Shown here piece by piece: positions 34,201-47,289 of a stretch of DNA of 64,000 nt; position 1 is the first letter of the stretch, and each line of letters starts with the position of its first letter. The stretch spans positions 496,001 to 560,000 of the forward strand of contig JAUPSS010000012.1 of NCBI GenBank assembly GCA_040285825.1. The letters run 5' to 3'. Position numbers and translations under genes: made by a program. The stretch comes from Eukaryota sp. TZLM1-RC (Eukaryota > Protista > Metamonada: BaSk clade). The notes under the pieces were generated by a model, which ran no database searches, was not told where the DNA came from, and saw nothing but the letters and a program-made list of their open reading frames with translations.

Positions 34201-35984
34201 TGCTTTAAAAAAATATTTATATTCAAATAAAATCGATCTATGACAGAATTTTCATGTTATTGATGACACCGATAGGTTATAGTTCTGACAACTTTGATCC
34301 TGCGAAGATTTATTCGATTTACAGGGATTTAAATGTTTTAAATAGTTGTTGATAGTTTTGAATCCGCTAATTTCTACTCAATACCACAATTGCTTCAGTT
34401 GGAACTGACAATTTTGTTTGTTATAAAATTTTTCAATTGTTGATTCTACCTTGTTTTGAAGAAAATTTCCTCTGTTTTGAATTAATGTAGTTTTCCGTTT
34501 GAACCATCTCTAACCCTTACTTACATGGTGAAAAATGATACTAATGTTAAACAATTGTGTTAATGAGCAATGCTATAAAATACTATCGATAGTATATGAG
34601 CTGTTCACTGGTGAAGGTTTGGTTAAAGTAAAACAGTAGATTGAATCCCCTCTACGTATGAATAGCCCCCTCGTTATAGTGACCCTGTTATGAAAGAAAC
34701 GTTGACCAATAAGCCCTTTTTGGAAAAAGTAGTTTTATGATGTATCGATTGTAATAAATACTTTATGAGACACTCATACTTTTATAAATAAAAAACTTAA
34801 TTGAAATGTGGAAACTATTGATGAATATGTGGTTCAATAGTAGTTCCATGAACAGAAATCAAGTATAGTGATTTGGTTTATTGTCGAAGGCTTCAATGGG
34901 CCCCTATATGTATTAGTAGCCTCTTCAAAATAATGGCATTGTTTTGCATAGGGGTTCATTATCATGTTTGACGTTACATGGAAATATCTTCTATGATTTT
35001 TCTTAAATGTTCCAGAATTTCAATAAAAGAAAGTTCAGGTAAGGAATTGAACCTGTGTTTCCCACACAATAAAATTATATTTTGTTATGTAAAAGCCAAT
35101 TCAGAAACGATAACCGAAGCATTGTTGAGAAAATGAAAATCGCTTATTCAGAAAATCTGATGATGTTGGTGCGTGTATGGAGGATAAGTTCTAGTTTTGT
35201 GCCAATTGATTTGCTTGTTTATGAAAAACAAAAACCATATCGTCTTTTGGTACTAGTTTTGTTTGTAATAGATAATCAGCATTCCAAGATTTAGGTCATT
35301 CTGCCTGAAAAACAAGCACATCAAAAGTTTCTAAAAAGACAGTTTGCTAAGACAATTATTTACAAAAAACTAATTTGTATGTTAGCAAGCAAAGAAATTA
35401 CGAATACAATTTACCAAAAGAGGAACCTGATCGGTCTGGTAGTTGGATTTTCGCAAGAAATAATGAAAACCCTTAAGGATCATTGAGACGAAAGGTAATT
35501 ATGGAAGCGGGTGGGTTGAAAAAGAATTCGTTAGGCACCATGCCTCCAATTATGAATGGACTACATAATCCTTTGGACAAAATATGAACTCGATTCCATT
35601 TCTTATTTAAAATTGTAAAAACAAATGAAATTTTTCATGCCCCAAATTTGTTCTATTGAAGGAATAACTCATATAATTTAATGCACCAATCTTTCACGAT
35701 GTAATATTTTGAAACATTGTTTATGGTTAATCTTTCGCAGTGATTACAAGATATGGTATCACTTTGATGGGATAGTGTTTGTAAAAAAGGACAAATACAT
35801 TATACTCATTGTTTCCATCTTTTCAATTTTTGTTTGTTTACTATTAGTAACTCAGGTGTATTGGAAGCCAAAGTGAGAAGTTTGTCCACTCCAATAATAC
35901 CGTTAGCTCAACTTCGATTGTAAGGACCTTTTATATGTTCCTGAAAACACTAAAGTTGAAAATATATAGCCAATTTCCTTTTTT

Positions 35985-36335
35985 TAATGCCGAGTCCCAT
36001 ACTCATTATGTCCATTGTTAATTTGGTTTTTCCCTACATGGCTGCCTAGGACCAATTGCTTCATTTTTTTGGATTATTTTGTTAAAATTGTAAAAATGCG
36101 TACAGGAAGAATTCTTGACAAGACGTTTTGGCAGAACAAAATTGCATTTTCAATTTATAAGGGAATTGTCCCCTTTTTGTCATCTGCTTTGTTAGCTCTT
36201 GGTCGATTTTATGAAAAAAAACTTCCAGTCAATTCGTTTTGGCTTATTTGGGATACGAAGATTTAAAATTTAAGTTTTATTGTTTAGTCTTATATTGGAA
36301 TAGATTATTTTATAACCAAAATTCAAATAATAAAT
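35985..36335 (+). mobile_element. non-LTR retrotransposon 3' fragment
   Basis: RTGRILDKTFWQNKIAFS. Same subfamily as 55150..55808. Confidence 0.75.
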
Positions 36336-36861
36336 AATTTATCTACAATAATATAAATTATTCTAAAAGAGTATCGATCTTTATAAAAAGATTGCACATC
36401 AACTAGTGTCTTGCCTTGAAACCACTTATGGCCTCATTCAAAGTGAAAAATTCAAGAAGTATTATGATAAGCTGTGTAGTGCACAATGTAAGTTATTACA
36501 GCAACTATCCATCAATTGGAGTGAAATTGAAGGTTTAATTGACGTTGGACGTATGTCATTAGTTGAAATGTAATGAAATAATTAAAAAATTAACGCTGAA
36601 ATCAACGTTACAACATTTTATTGTAATTTGAGGCATTTTGACACCCCATTGACTTCAATGCTGTGCAGTTTCTTGAAGTTCCAAAAACCGCAACCAAACA
36701 GCAAAGCTACCATATTATTCAAAAACAAGTGTATTCACCTTAAACATAATTGTTGTGCATATGAAAACTGTTTGGGTAAAAAATAAATTCGAAAATAAAA
36801 TAAATATATTGAATTTGCTGAACTAATATTCAATCACCACAATTAAGATCAATCCCAATGG

Positions 36862-39605
36862 CTAAACATCTACAATTGAGTATTCACTACCCTTATATTT
36901 AGTCCATATGCCAAATACAGTATCAGATGGAATTGGTTTGGTATCACTACTTCCATTTAAGCTAAAAGTAGCTTGATTGTTTTCAATATTGACGTAAAGA
37001 ATGTCTCCTTGGTTCATTCGAGGGAGGGCAAAGTGACCACCATCATCGGTCAGATACTTAGTACAGTTGCCTTGACTATTTTTTTGAATGTTATCCATTG
37101 TCCAAAACCCTATACGATCCCAATCAAACACTTTCCTAATCCTTTTAATTGCAATTTTAAACTTGATAGGATTGAAATCTATTGTTGCAAAATTACAATG
37201 TTTAAAACCATCGCAACAATCATTTAAAACCCTTCTATTACCTTCTGAGAACACCATCCCAGAACCACTTTGATTTGTATTAAACTTGATTTTAGGTTCT
37301 CTACCCAATAACTTTTGACATAGTTGATTACTAATGTCAAATGAACAATTACCAACAATAACCCCTTCCAACCATTCTTCCTTGTTTTTATTAATTGAAT
37401 TAGAAAGATTTAAGTTTAATAATAAATCACTTGAAATTGTAAAGACTTCTGGAATCGAACCAAATTCATAATGATCAATAGCCTTGCCTATTAACCATGA
37501 AGTTGAATATTTAATTGAGTAATTTACCAAAGTTTTGAATTCAATTTCAGATTGGGTATTGAATTCTACTTTAGTAATAATTGATTCAAAGTCAATTTGA
37601 GAAGAAAATTCATTACCAAGATTCAAAATCCAAATAAAATCTTGAACATTAATTGAATTAATATTAGAAACAAAATAAATAAAGAATTTTTGTTTTAATT
37701 CTTGGTTAACTTCCAAATGAAAATCTTTTCCAATTGGTCCTTTGAAATTGGTTCTGTTAACTGAACTGTAAAAGCTTCAATAAGTTTTTCTTTCAACTGA
37801 TTGGAATTTAAACGCTGAATAAACGAAATAATTGCTGATAAATTCTTTGAATTGTTAAATCCGCGAAGGAAATCATCAACTAAAGATGGTTCAATATTTG
37901 TATCGCTAAAATCAATCACGTCATCAATCATAATTGATTGGAAAAGATGACGTAATTTAAGACTCACCATTTTGGTTATCTCAGAACTTTTCATTTTAAA
38001 AGTTACTTTTTCAAAAGAATTTTCATGTATCTTTTCTAGTTGATACGTTTTGAATACTTTACAATGCATAACATTAACAGAAAAAGTCAACAAAATAGAA
38101 TGAATTTCGACAAAGTTTTGCAAAGGAATCATAATTATTTCATTTAAATCAGCAAAAGTAAATTGATCAAAATCAAATGAATAAAGACAATCTTCAAAAA
38201 TTTCAACATTCCAATCAGATTTACCTTGGCTTTGATTGACTTGGCTTGAATATGACGTGATCAGGGTGTTGAGTAACCAGTAATTAACTTCACAATCATT
38301 TTGATTGTCAGATTTCAATTTTTTAAAAGTTCGAGGCTTGATTGAGATGGGATCAGCATTGATGATGCTAAATTTTGCCATAAATGATTCCAAATTTCCA
38401 CTATTGAAATTTTCACGATCGGCAAGCTCAATCGTTTCAACCAACCAATTTGGATTTTTATTTGAATCTTTAACATTTCCAAAACAATTATTAGAAAGTT
38501 CAATTAAAATAGTGGATAAAGAATTATCCATTTTCAAGGGTGAAAAAAGTTCAAAATAGAGAAAGTCAAATGGAATATCCTTGACTTCTAACAAAGTCAA
38601 CACATTTTTGACCTCTTCCACTGTAAAAATTTGGTCACTTGACCAGGACTTTACGAAACTTTGAATCACCCACATCACGTGACTGATTGACTGTAATTGA
38701 CCGGAAAGTTTGATTAAAGTGATTGGTTTAAGCTCGACATGTTCACGTTCGCCAAGGTCAAAAACACCAGGAATTTGATTGACCACTTCCTCAATCAAAT
38801 GTGAATCAAATTGATTGGCAGTTATTAACAACCAGAATAACCAATCATTTTTAGTTTTGCAAGGTTCAATATTTGGTAATAAATTGACTGAAAATTCCAA
38901 CGAGACATCAATTAATTCTTCAAATTTACCAAAAACTTTTACAACTTTCGCCCAAATAAATTCAATTTCAATTTGTTTAATCAATTCAAAACAATTTTTC
39001 AAAACTTGATCAACATCTTCAACAGAAATGCTACCCTTGACATAGGATTCTACCATAGAAAGAAGCATCCATTTAATAGAACCAGTAGTGGTTAGATTCA
39101 TAGAAAGAACTTCAAAAGATTCTTCCTTCAAAACTAGCGGTCGGTCTAGTAGAAGCTTATCAAGCAAAGGACAGCACTTCTTAATGAAAGAATAATAAAC
39201 ACATTCATCGGCTCTTTGGATGACGTCCAAAAGATGAGAAGAGGAAAGGTGTTGAACGAATGTGAAAGCTCTCTCTACTATTTCGGCAGCCTTGAAGTAT
39301 TCAGCAGTGTAGTAGATATCGAAAACATTCTCGTTAGTTATCTCCAAAGGCTGGCAATAGAGAGCATTGATGAAGTCTTGGAAAATGGTAACATCAATGG
39401 GAAGATCGTCGAGTTCTATGCGTTGTAGATCTCGGTCAGTGGTGGGGACAGTGAACATTTGGTGAAGGGTTCGGGAAAAAACAGAGAGAATGTTGCGATG
39501 AAGAGTAAATTCATGTTGAAGATAGACAAGAGTCACATCGGAGAAGTCAGTGGTGTGGAAGAGCTTTTCGGCAAAAGTAGAGGAGAGATACTGAAAAGTG
39601 GTCAT
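36862..39605 (-). CDS. BTB/POZ protein with shared middle module and C-terminal SPRY-like domain; one gene with a 1-nt frameshift near 37720
   Basis: FSDVTLV...LHRNILSVFS...ITNENVFDIYYTAEYF (BTB). ORFs 37695..39605 and 36862..37716 join as EKIFHLEV if one T is added to the minus-strand TTTT run. Confidence 0.8.
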
Positions 39606-39724
39606 TGAGATTGGGGTTGATTTTGAAAAATTGAATTCTATTGGTCAAATTCAGCTGGTGCAAATAATTATTGTTCAATTTCTTTGCAACAGAACTTTGT
39701 CACTGGAAAATGAAATTGATGTTT

Positions 39725-40810
39725 TCCACAATCATTCAATGGCAATATTCCTGAAAAACATTACTTGTATTTAAAAGACACGGTTCGAACAATACAAAGA
39801 CGAAGAACTAAAATGTATGAAGATAAATTGTTCAAAAAATCCTAATAGACCCCTATTTGACACATCATGCCACGTCATCACTGGTTTAGAAAGTGATCTT
39901 ATGTCTTATATTTCACTGACTGGAATGTATGAAAATGATTATTATAATAATTTATGCAGCTCGGTTGTTTTTGAACAGGATCTCCATTCATTGTTATTGG
40001 AAAAAGGTCTGTGCAACAATCAGTTATCAGAATCATCACTATTTGCAACCATTGTACCACGAAGGTTTGGGATATGTGTCTATAATGAGCCGTTTGTGAC
40101 AAAAATGAAATTATGTCTGATCTACCCAATGAGCCAACTTCTATTAAAAGAAAAACCGTATCTGTTGAAATTGATCACATCTTACCAGACACCATGCTTT
40201 AAATTGTCCCAAGTTGATAACGTATAGCTTTTCAATACATGATTCTGTTAGAGACACTGTTTTTAATATGGCAAGAAATGCCAAAATCTTATGTATTATG
40301 GAGCTTTTGGGTTGAGAAACACTGTCATTGAATTAGTTTGGTTCCAATGATAGAGGTGATATTATTATGATTGTATTGATCACCATGCAGTTATTGTTGA
40401 CTTTTTCTCCTCGAGTGTTGCAAATGACAATTTGGTTTGAAGGAAAAAACTTCATCCTGCTGAAGCAGTTGAATTAAAAGTGAATGACAAACATAAAAAA
40501 ACGACAAAGCTATCGAAGAAGCTAATGTTAATAGCAATAGACCACTTGTTATTCATTACTTCTCCATTTTCCGAAAACGAAAGTCTATCAGTAGCTGCAT
40601 GAGTTTTTGTGAATGATTTCCAAGAAGTGGTTGAAGAAATAACCATGAAATGATTTGATATCTTTTTCGTGGTGTAGGTTAAGTCAATTTACTCAGGTTC
40701 AATTGATTTATTTAAATTGTTTCGGTTATTACATCGAGTAAGTGCAGCAATGGTGAGAAAACAAGCAGATCAGAATTGTAGAGGAATTGTTTTTTTCACT
40801 GAATGTTGTC
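39725..40810 (+). mobile_element. old degenerate non-LTR retrotransposon 3' fragment
   Basis: Diverged copy of the 22303..23335 family (LTGMYE...LHSLLLEKG...IVPRRFG). Carries a ~110-bp insertion at ~39804-39916. Confidence 0.8.
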
Positions 40811-40978
40811 CCAAAAGTTTAATTTTAATGGGTGTTGTAGTTCCATGGAAAATTATACTTTAGAAATCGCAAAAATTGTTACCTGAAAGCCACTTCAAAA
40901 ATAATAATCAAACCAATGTTTAAATTGTTGTAAAAAAATCCATAGTTCGTTTCAAAAATTTCATGCTGGATGTTTGTA

Positions 40979-41445
40979 TTCTGATGCTATTGTTGACTTT
41001 GTCTCATGTAATGTTGCAAATGATACTTTGGTTCACAGAAGAAAACTTAATCCTGTGGCTGCTCTGGATTTTAAAGCAAAAGAGAAACATAGAAAATATG
41101 ATAAAGATATTGAAGAGGCCAATGTCGATAGAAATACACAGCTGGTATTTATTGCTTTCCCATTTTCGATAAATGGAAGATTATCAGATGAAGCAAGAAC
41201 TTTTTTGAATGACTTCCAAAAATTGGTGCAAGAAAAAACAATGAAAAGATTTGATATTTTTTTATGGCGTTCACGGATTCAATTTGCCATTATTAATAGA
41301 TAACCTCGGTTTTTCAATCGAATAAGAGAAGCTTTAGCTAGACAGCAAGCAAATAAAGATTTTGTAGAGGACATCTTGATTCAATGATAGTCGTCTTATT
41401 AGTTATGAGTTAATTTAATTAAGTGTGCAAATTCAATAAATAAAA
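40979..41445 (+). mobile_element. 5'-truncated non-LTR retrotransposon 3' end
   Basis: Near-identical to the 3' end of 22303..23335 (DFVSCNVANDTLVHRRKLNP). Ends in AATAAATAAAA. Confidence 0.9.
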
Positions 41446-41779
41446 TATTTAATTTTGGATATTGAGTTCTAAAATTGTATCATTTTTTAGGAGCAAAAGG
41501 TTTATTATTGCGAAGTTGTCAAAAATAGAAATAAATTATTTGTATTACAATTATCTGCCTTAACTATTTCGATTTTCTTCAATGCTTTTGATTATGATCA
41601 ATAGTCATGACTGAAAAGCAAGTACAGTACAGATTCTGAAAATAAAAAACAAATTAAAGACAATTGTGAACAAAAAACAAATTGAATAATGTCAAGACAA
41701 CTAAAAAATAAAAAGACGACGAATACAATAAAAAATGAATTATTTTTATTTTTTTATTTTTTTATTTTTTGATAACAAC

Positions 41780-43972
41780 TTACTGCAAGATTTCCTTGTC
41801 TTCACGAACAAATCCACGGAAAACACCAAACATTTCCCTTTCAGCTGAATACTGAATCCACCATGGAAAACAAGATAACTCAACTAAATATTCATTTTTG
41901 ATTAACTGAACAGATTCAATTATACCTTGATTAATAAGTTTTGTTGGAGATAAGGTAGAATTTGACAGACTGTCTTCATCAGGTCTAATCAATTTCACAA
42001 ATTTCAAAGAAGGAAAATTTTGTTCAGTGATATTACCAGGAACACCGCTTTCAAATACCAATTCCTTCAAATTTGGTAACTGTACTTTAAAATGAATAGG
42101 AGAGGTGATGTGTAATTCAAGTCTAACAATGCATTGTGGTAAAGGTAATTCCCCTTTAGGTATTTTCTCTGAAACCCAAAGATCCATAATTTCCATAACT
42201 TGTAATGAGGCAAGATAGCTAAAATCAGTTACTTTCATGAAAAAGTAAGAAATCACTAACTTCACTAGTGAAGTGGGTAATTGTTCTATATTGAATGGAC
42301 AACTCAGCTCTAGACATTTCAGATTTGATAAATGTGCAAAGTTTAAGGACCTTGCACCAGATCCTTCCCATCCACCAAGCTTAACAACCTCAACATTTGG
42401 GAAAAATGTCAATAATTCTGGATCATAATCAACTTCATTATAGTAAACATCAAGTTTTTTAATTCTAGTATTAATTACTCTGGGACCTTTATAATCAGTA
42501 GAAAATCGCAATTGTAAATCACAAATGTTTTCGTTTAAATCTAAATCTTGAGGATCTTCCAGAAACGTTAAGCCATTGATCACTTCTTTAGCAAATTCAA
42601 TGACTCTCTTGCTTATTGAACTTTTGGTATGGAATCTTGCTTTTGTATAAGGACGGTTACTAGAAAGGTTTTTCAACAATTGTAAATATTCAAAATAAAT
42701 TAATTTGACCAAGGTGCTAAACATTGTATTCATGGGTTTGTTTGGATAATCAAAGGACCCAAGTATTTCAGATCCAAATACTTTAACAGGTTGTGGTCGA
42801 TCAATCAAATCACCTGTACCTAATTGACCTCTATCATTCCTTCCCCAAGCCCAAACAGTGTTTTTGTTGTAGGCAAAAAGGAAATCATGACCTACTGAAA
42901 TTCCTCCTACATTAGTGAAAGCTGTGACAGACATTGGTTCATTGAAATCCTTATAAACTCCACATAGTGTTTGCAAATCACCCCAGACAAAAACTTGACC
43001 ATCATAGTCAATGGCAGCATAAATACCAAAAGAACCACTAATAGAAACAATGTTGGATAAACCTTCAACTTTAATGGGTTCCACATCGAAAGGAACATCG
43101 CCGCAAACACCACTCGTATCAAACAACCAAACATCTGTATAAAAATCCTCAAGGTAAAGCTGATCACCATTAAATGCAAAAGAACACTGGAGAGGATCAA
43201 TGATAGAAACGTGTTGGGATATTGGTAGCTTGGTTGTGATTGCGCCCTCGTCAATATCATGGTGGATCATGTAGAATTGACAGTTTTCATCAATTGCAAT
43301 AAAACAAAAGCCATTGACAAAAATAAAAACAATGTTATTTAATTCTTCAATAAACTGAATTGTTTTATGATTTCCCCAAAAAATGACCTTGCCTTCACAA
43401 GTTAACGCAACGGAGTGGACGATGGCGCCGTAGATTTCCTTAATATTGTAGGGAATGTGTATTCTGGTAACTGGTAGATAGTGGTCTATTGACATGATAA
43501 TTTGATTAAATTGATTACTGCCCCAACCAAATAACTTTCCTTCAGAAGTTAGGGCAAGTGAAAATTCATGACCAGCGGATATAGTAACAATATTATATAA
43601 GGGTAATTTGACGGGTGACGTGATAGAACGAGGCCCACTATATAAGACTTGGCCCCAACAGTTATCTCCCCAACCATAAACTTCACCAGAATAGGTGACG
43701 AGAAGACAATGACGAGAACCAATAGCAATAGACCGAACTCCTACCTTGGAATCCTGCTGATCAGGAATTGGATTGGCTGATCTATCATCAAAATTGAGTG
43801 ACATTAAACGTTGCTCGATTGATGACACTTTCATCGATGAACATGAATCAGCAAAGGACAAGTGTGATGTACAATGGGAATTGAGAGGATTGTGACAGGA
43901 CCATCGTGAAGAATCTATTTCATCCGTAGTTTTTGAAAAGGGAATACGACAATCATCTGAAGAGGTGTGCAT
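41780..43972 (-). CDS. RCC1-repeat protein with LRR-like C-terminal region
   Basis: RCC1 blades (GEVYGWGDNCWGQ, ISAGHEFSLAL, VWAWGRNDRGQLG). LxxLxL repeats. C-terminal LVELSCFPWWIQY. Confidence 0.88.
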   Translation of the reverse strand: MHTSSDDCRIPFSKTTDEIDSSRWSCHNPLNSHCTSHLSFADSCSSMKVSSIEQRLMSLNFDDRSANPIPDQQDSKVGVRSIAIGSRHCLLVTYSGEVYGWGDNCWGQVLYSGPRSITSPVKLPLYNIVTISAGHEFSLALTSEGKLFGWGSNQFNQIIMSIDHYLPVTRIHIPYNIKEIYGAIVHSVALTCEGKVIFWGNHKTIQFIEELNNIVFIFVNGFCFIAIDENCQFYMIHHDIDEGAITTKLPISQHVSIIDPLQCSFAFNGDQLYLEDFYTDVWLFDTSGVCGDVPFDVEPIKVEGLSNIVSISGSFGIYAAIDYDGQVFVWGDLQTLCGVYKDFNEPMSVTAFTNVGGISVGHDFLFAYNKNTVWAWGRNDRGQLGTGDLIDRPQPVKVFGSEILGSFDYPNKPMNTMFSTLVKLIYFEYLQLLKNLSSNRPYTKARFHTKSSISKRVIEFAKEVINGLTFLEDPQDLDLNENICDLQLRFSTDYKGPRVINTRIKKLDVYYNEVDYDPELLTFFPNVEVVKLGGWEGSGARSLNFAHLSNLKCLELSCPFNIEQLPTSLVKLVISYFFMKVTDFSYLASLQVMEIMDLWVSEKIPKGELPLPQCIVRLELHITSPIHFKVQLPNLKELVFESGVPGNITEQNFPSLKFVKLIRPDEDSLSNSTLSPTKLINQGIIESVQLIKNEYLVELSCFPWWIQYSAEREMFGVFRGFVREDKEILQ

Positions 43973-45123
43973 GGAAGTATTATGACATATGCCAACTACA
44001 ACAAGATTTTACTGGTAGACAAAACTAATCTTCAAGATAAACAGGTCTTCCCTCTTAACTCAACCAGTGATCAAATACATTCAATGTATTCAAACAAGCC
44101 AGCTTGTTCATGTTCTCATACCTTGCTTTGATTACTTCTCTATTTTCGGGTTTTTACATCGTGCTTTCGATACAACGATCACTTCTACAATCCAACAGCC
44201 AATGTGGAGACTGGAGCGTTGTTAGTTCAGCACTATTAGGTATTGGATCTTTTGTTTTAATCGTCGTTCCAAATACTTTTTCAAAGCACGGAGGACAGTC
44301 TGAAGAAGTATTGCTTTCGTCAAAACAACAGTTTGGAAAACTCGTATAATAAGACAGCTAATCTATCTATTGGAGGGTGTTGGGGGACTTATTATTGAGA
44401 TTACTAATTGGTTTTCGACCAAAGTCCGCAATACACAAACCTAACTACATCCCAAAAATGACTTTTTGCAAAAAAATATAAATTAGATGTGTAATCAGAA
44501 TTTTCAGAATTTTGCAAGTAATTGATTAATTCATTTCGATCCCCACCAGTCGTCAAATCCTTAATTATTGTCAAACGAAATCTTCAATAACTGAAAAATC
44601 TTTGGTATTGTAGATAATGAGTAGTGGTGGGCGTGGCGGAAGTGGGGCTGGTAATTGGGGATGGAGATGCGAATTGTTGGGGAAAGAAAGATCAACATGT
44701 GAAGCGATCGACATAAGCATTGGAAAAAATGGGGGTAGCATATTACCTAATTGCCTGTCAAAAATCATCTTGAATTTCAAAACTTAAAACACTTTTAACC
44801 ACCGCTTAAGCTGTCTTTCTATTAATCTACTACATCAGACAACCATATACAATATTTTCTAGGAGAAGTGACGTGGTATGAGAAATTTGATGCCTTGGCT
44901 CGGAATTCTGATTCCTTACAAATGTTTTTATTTTCAGCTTTCGAATGAGTAATTTATTAGTCAATTGACATGCAGCTAGGAGCAAATAATTATCTAGAAT
45001 TCAAAACGAAATCATTCAAATAAAGAATATAAATATGACAACATCACCATCACACGTTAATCTAATATTCTGATCAGTGGAGGGGGTGTAGATTATGGAC
45101 GTTGGAGTCATTTTCTCCAATAT

Positions 45124-46514
45124 TGTTGGCGCCCTAAGGCTTATATGTTATGATTAGAAAATAAATCAACTTTTCCTCATTGACTTTTCTTTACTACAAT
45201 AGACTTTAGGCAACAATAATTATTGGCCATTTTAAAGTCAAAAGGTATGCCATAACTTCAGCATCAGTGAACACCCCCAGCAATTTTTACAGCATGTCAG
45301 ACATCTGTCAGCCAGATGTCTCTGACCCTAATCCCCCATCTAACATGCAGCAGGTACCAGCGACACATATACATAATATAGAGGGTAACGAGGCAACGGA
45401 CCCGGATCCCACCTCCCCCTCCCTAAAAGTAGAAGAAGATGAAAGAGTGGAAGAGGTCCCTCCATCTTCAGCAATGAAAGAGGTAACGAGAACGGACCCG
45501 GCTCCCTCTCCCCTCAGAAAAAAAGAAACAGATGAGGTTACAAGAACGGAGAACCCTCACAAAAGAAGTACAACCTAGAAGAGTTAGAGGAGGCCACGAG
45601 AACGGACCAGTTCCCTCTCCCCTCCCTAATGTAGCACCTAGTAAAGAAACGGATGGAAATCCCACTTTACATAATCTAACCCTTCAGGAGAGTACATACC
45701 ACAGAAGGGGAAGATGACTCCAGTGATGGATCCTCCTAACAAGGACACAGAGCCTTACCTCGAATCAATGGACTTTTATTCATTCGAGCAGCTCTCTTCC
45801 TTATGGAGCCAAACACAAGAGAAGTCGGCCAAAAACGAGGTTACGAGTAGAAACTCCACCTCCACTGTTATTGTACTAAAATGCAAAGATACGGTCTTTG
45901 TTCCTCTGATATTTTTAGTCGTAAAGCCAGTACTTTAACAACAAAAGACGCCGCCTTCAAATTTCTGAAGTTTGTTACTTCGTTTACTGTTGCTTTGATC
46001 CAACATAGACCCTGCATGATCATTAGCGAATCCATTCTTCGATTCCATGATACCTTTACTAAACGACACTACCACGTAACTCGTTTACGAAAAAGGGAAG
46101 AAGCAGAGCGCTTTATGTAGCGATTAAAACATACACAACAAAGTATTCAAACACACAGATCTTGGAACGAGGCCCTTTTCAGTTATTGCTTACTATCTTA
46201 TACTAACATTATTGTAGGAGAGTCATAGTACATCAATTGTCGATCTTAAAAATGTAAAACCAGTGTTTGTGCGAATCCCAATCACTACAGAGATAATTGT
46301 AGACAATAGAAAACATTAGAATTTAGTATTTAGTTCTTAGTTTTTATAGTTATTTAGTTATTTGTTATAGTTTTGTTTCATATTCATATAAGCTGATTTA
46401 TTTTGAAAAAGGGAAGAAGCAGTGTTGGCGCCCTAAGGCTTATATGTTATGATTAGAAAATAAATCAACTTTTCCTCATTGACTTTTCTTTACTACAATA
46501 GACTTTAGGCAACA
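45124..46514 (+). mobile_element. non-autonomous LTR retroelement (TRIM-like) with identical 92-bp LTRs
   Basis: LTRs 45124-45215 and 46423-46514 (TGTTG...CAACA). 4-bp TSD ATAT. Polypurine tract GAAAAAGGGAAGAAGCAG abuts the 3' LTR. Internal decayed Pro/Glu-rich gag-like frame. Confidence 0.92.
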
Positions 46515-47289
46515 ATATTGTGTTATAGCAGCTTCAACAATGAAGATTGCCACTGCTTCTTCCATGGTAAAGACAAATATTGATATAATAATTGAAATAA
46601 GCAAAGCTGTGTATTTATTGAATTTGCACACTTAATTAACTTAACTCATAACTAATGGCAATATCAGCAAAGCACAAGACATTTGAAGTCCAAGAATTTT
46701 CAATTTCCTGAAAAATATTAAAACATAAACCAAATAATTAGTAACCAAAATCGTAATTGTTTTCTCGTTACAGCTTTTGGTAACATAACTGATGATTCTG
46801 ATGATTCCATCATTTAGCTCCGAGTTGCATTTTGATTCACAAACTTGTCCAACTAGAAACAAATGTTGAACTATGAAGAATGTCATTATTTTACAGAGCA
46901 ATACCAAAAGAAATCACGCCATTTAAACCACTGGAACAACATAGAAAAACCATTTTTTGAAGTCCAGAGAGACTTCAATTGGATACTATGTTTTTCATGC
47001 ACATTGAAAATTTCCAAACATTTTTTTTACTGAAATGTAGATGATATCTTCATTTTTAACTGAAAAGCAACCACATGTGGAATATAGTAGATTTATTTGA
47101 AAAAGCAATATGATATTAATAGAAACAATGAAATTTGAAATTAAACAAATAAAAACAACAAATACAAATACCAAGTCAAAATCAACAATGATTAAGTACC
47201 CAACCATTCAATTAGAGAATTGTCCCACCAGCTTTGAAAAGACCTTGGACGCAATAGGTGAGTTTCAAGTGAACTAGCAGAGTATTTAT

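Noticed and set aside
34630-35600. Possible pogo/Tc1-like terminus and decayed coding sequence
   Set aside because: No matching second TIR and no recognisable protein motif.
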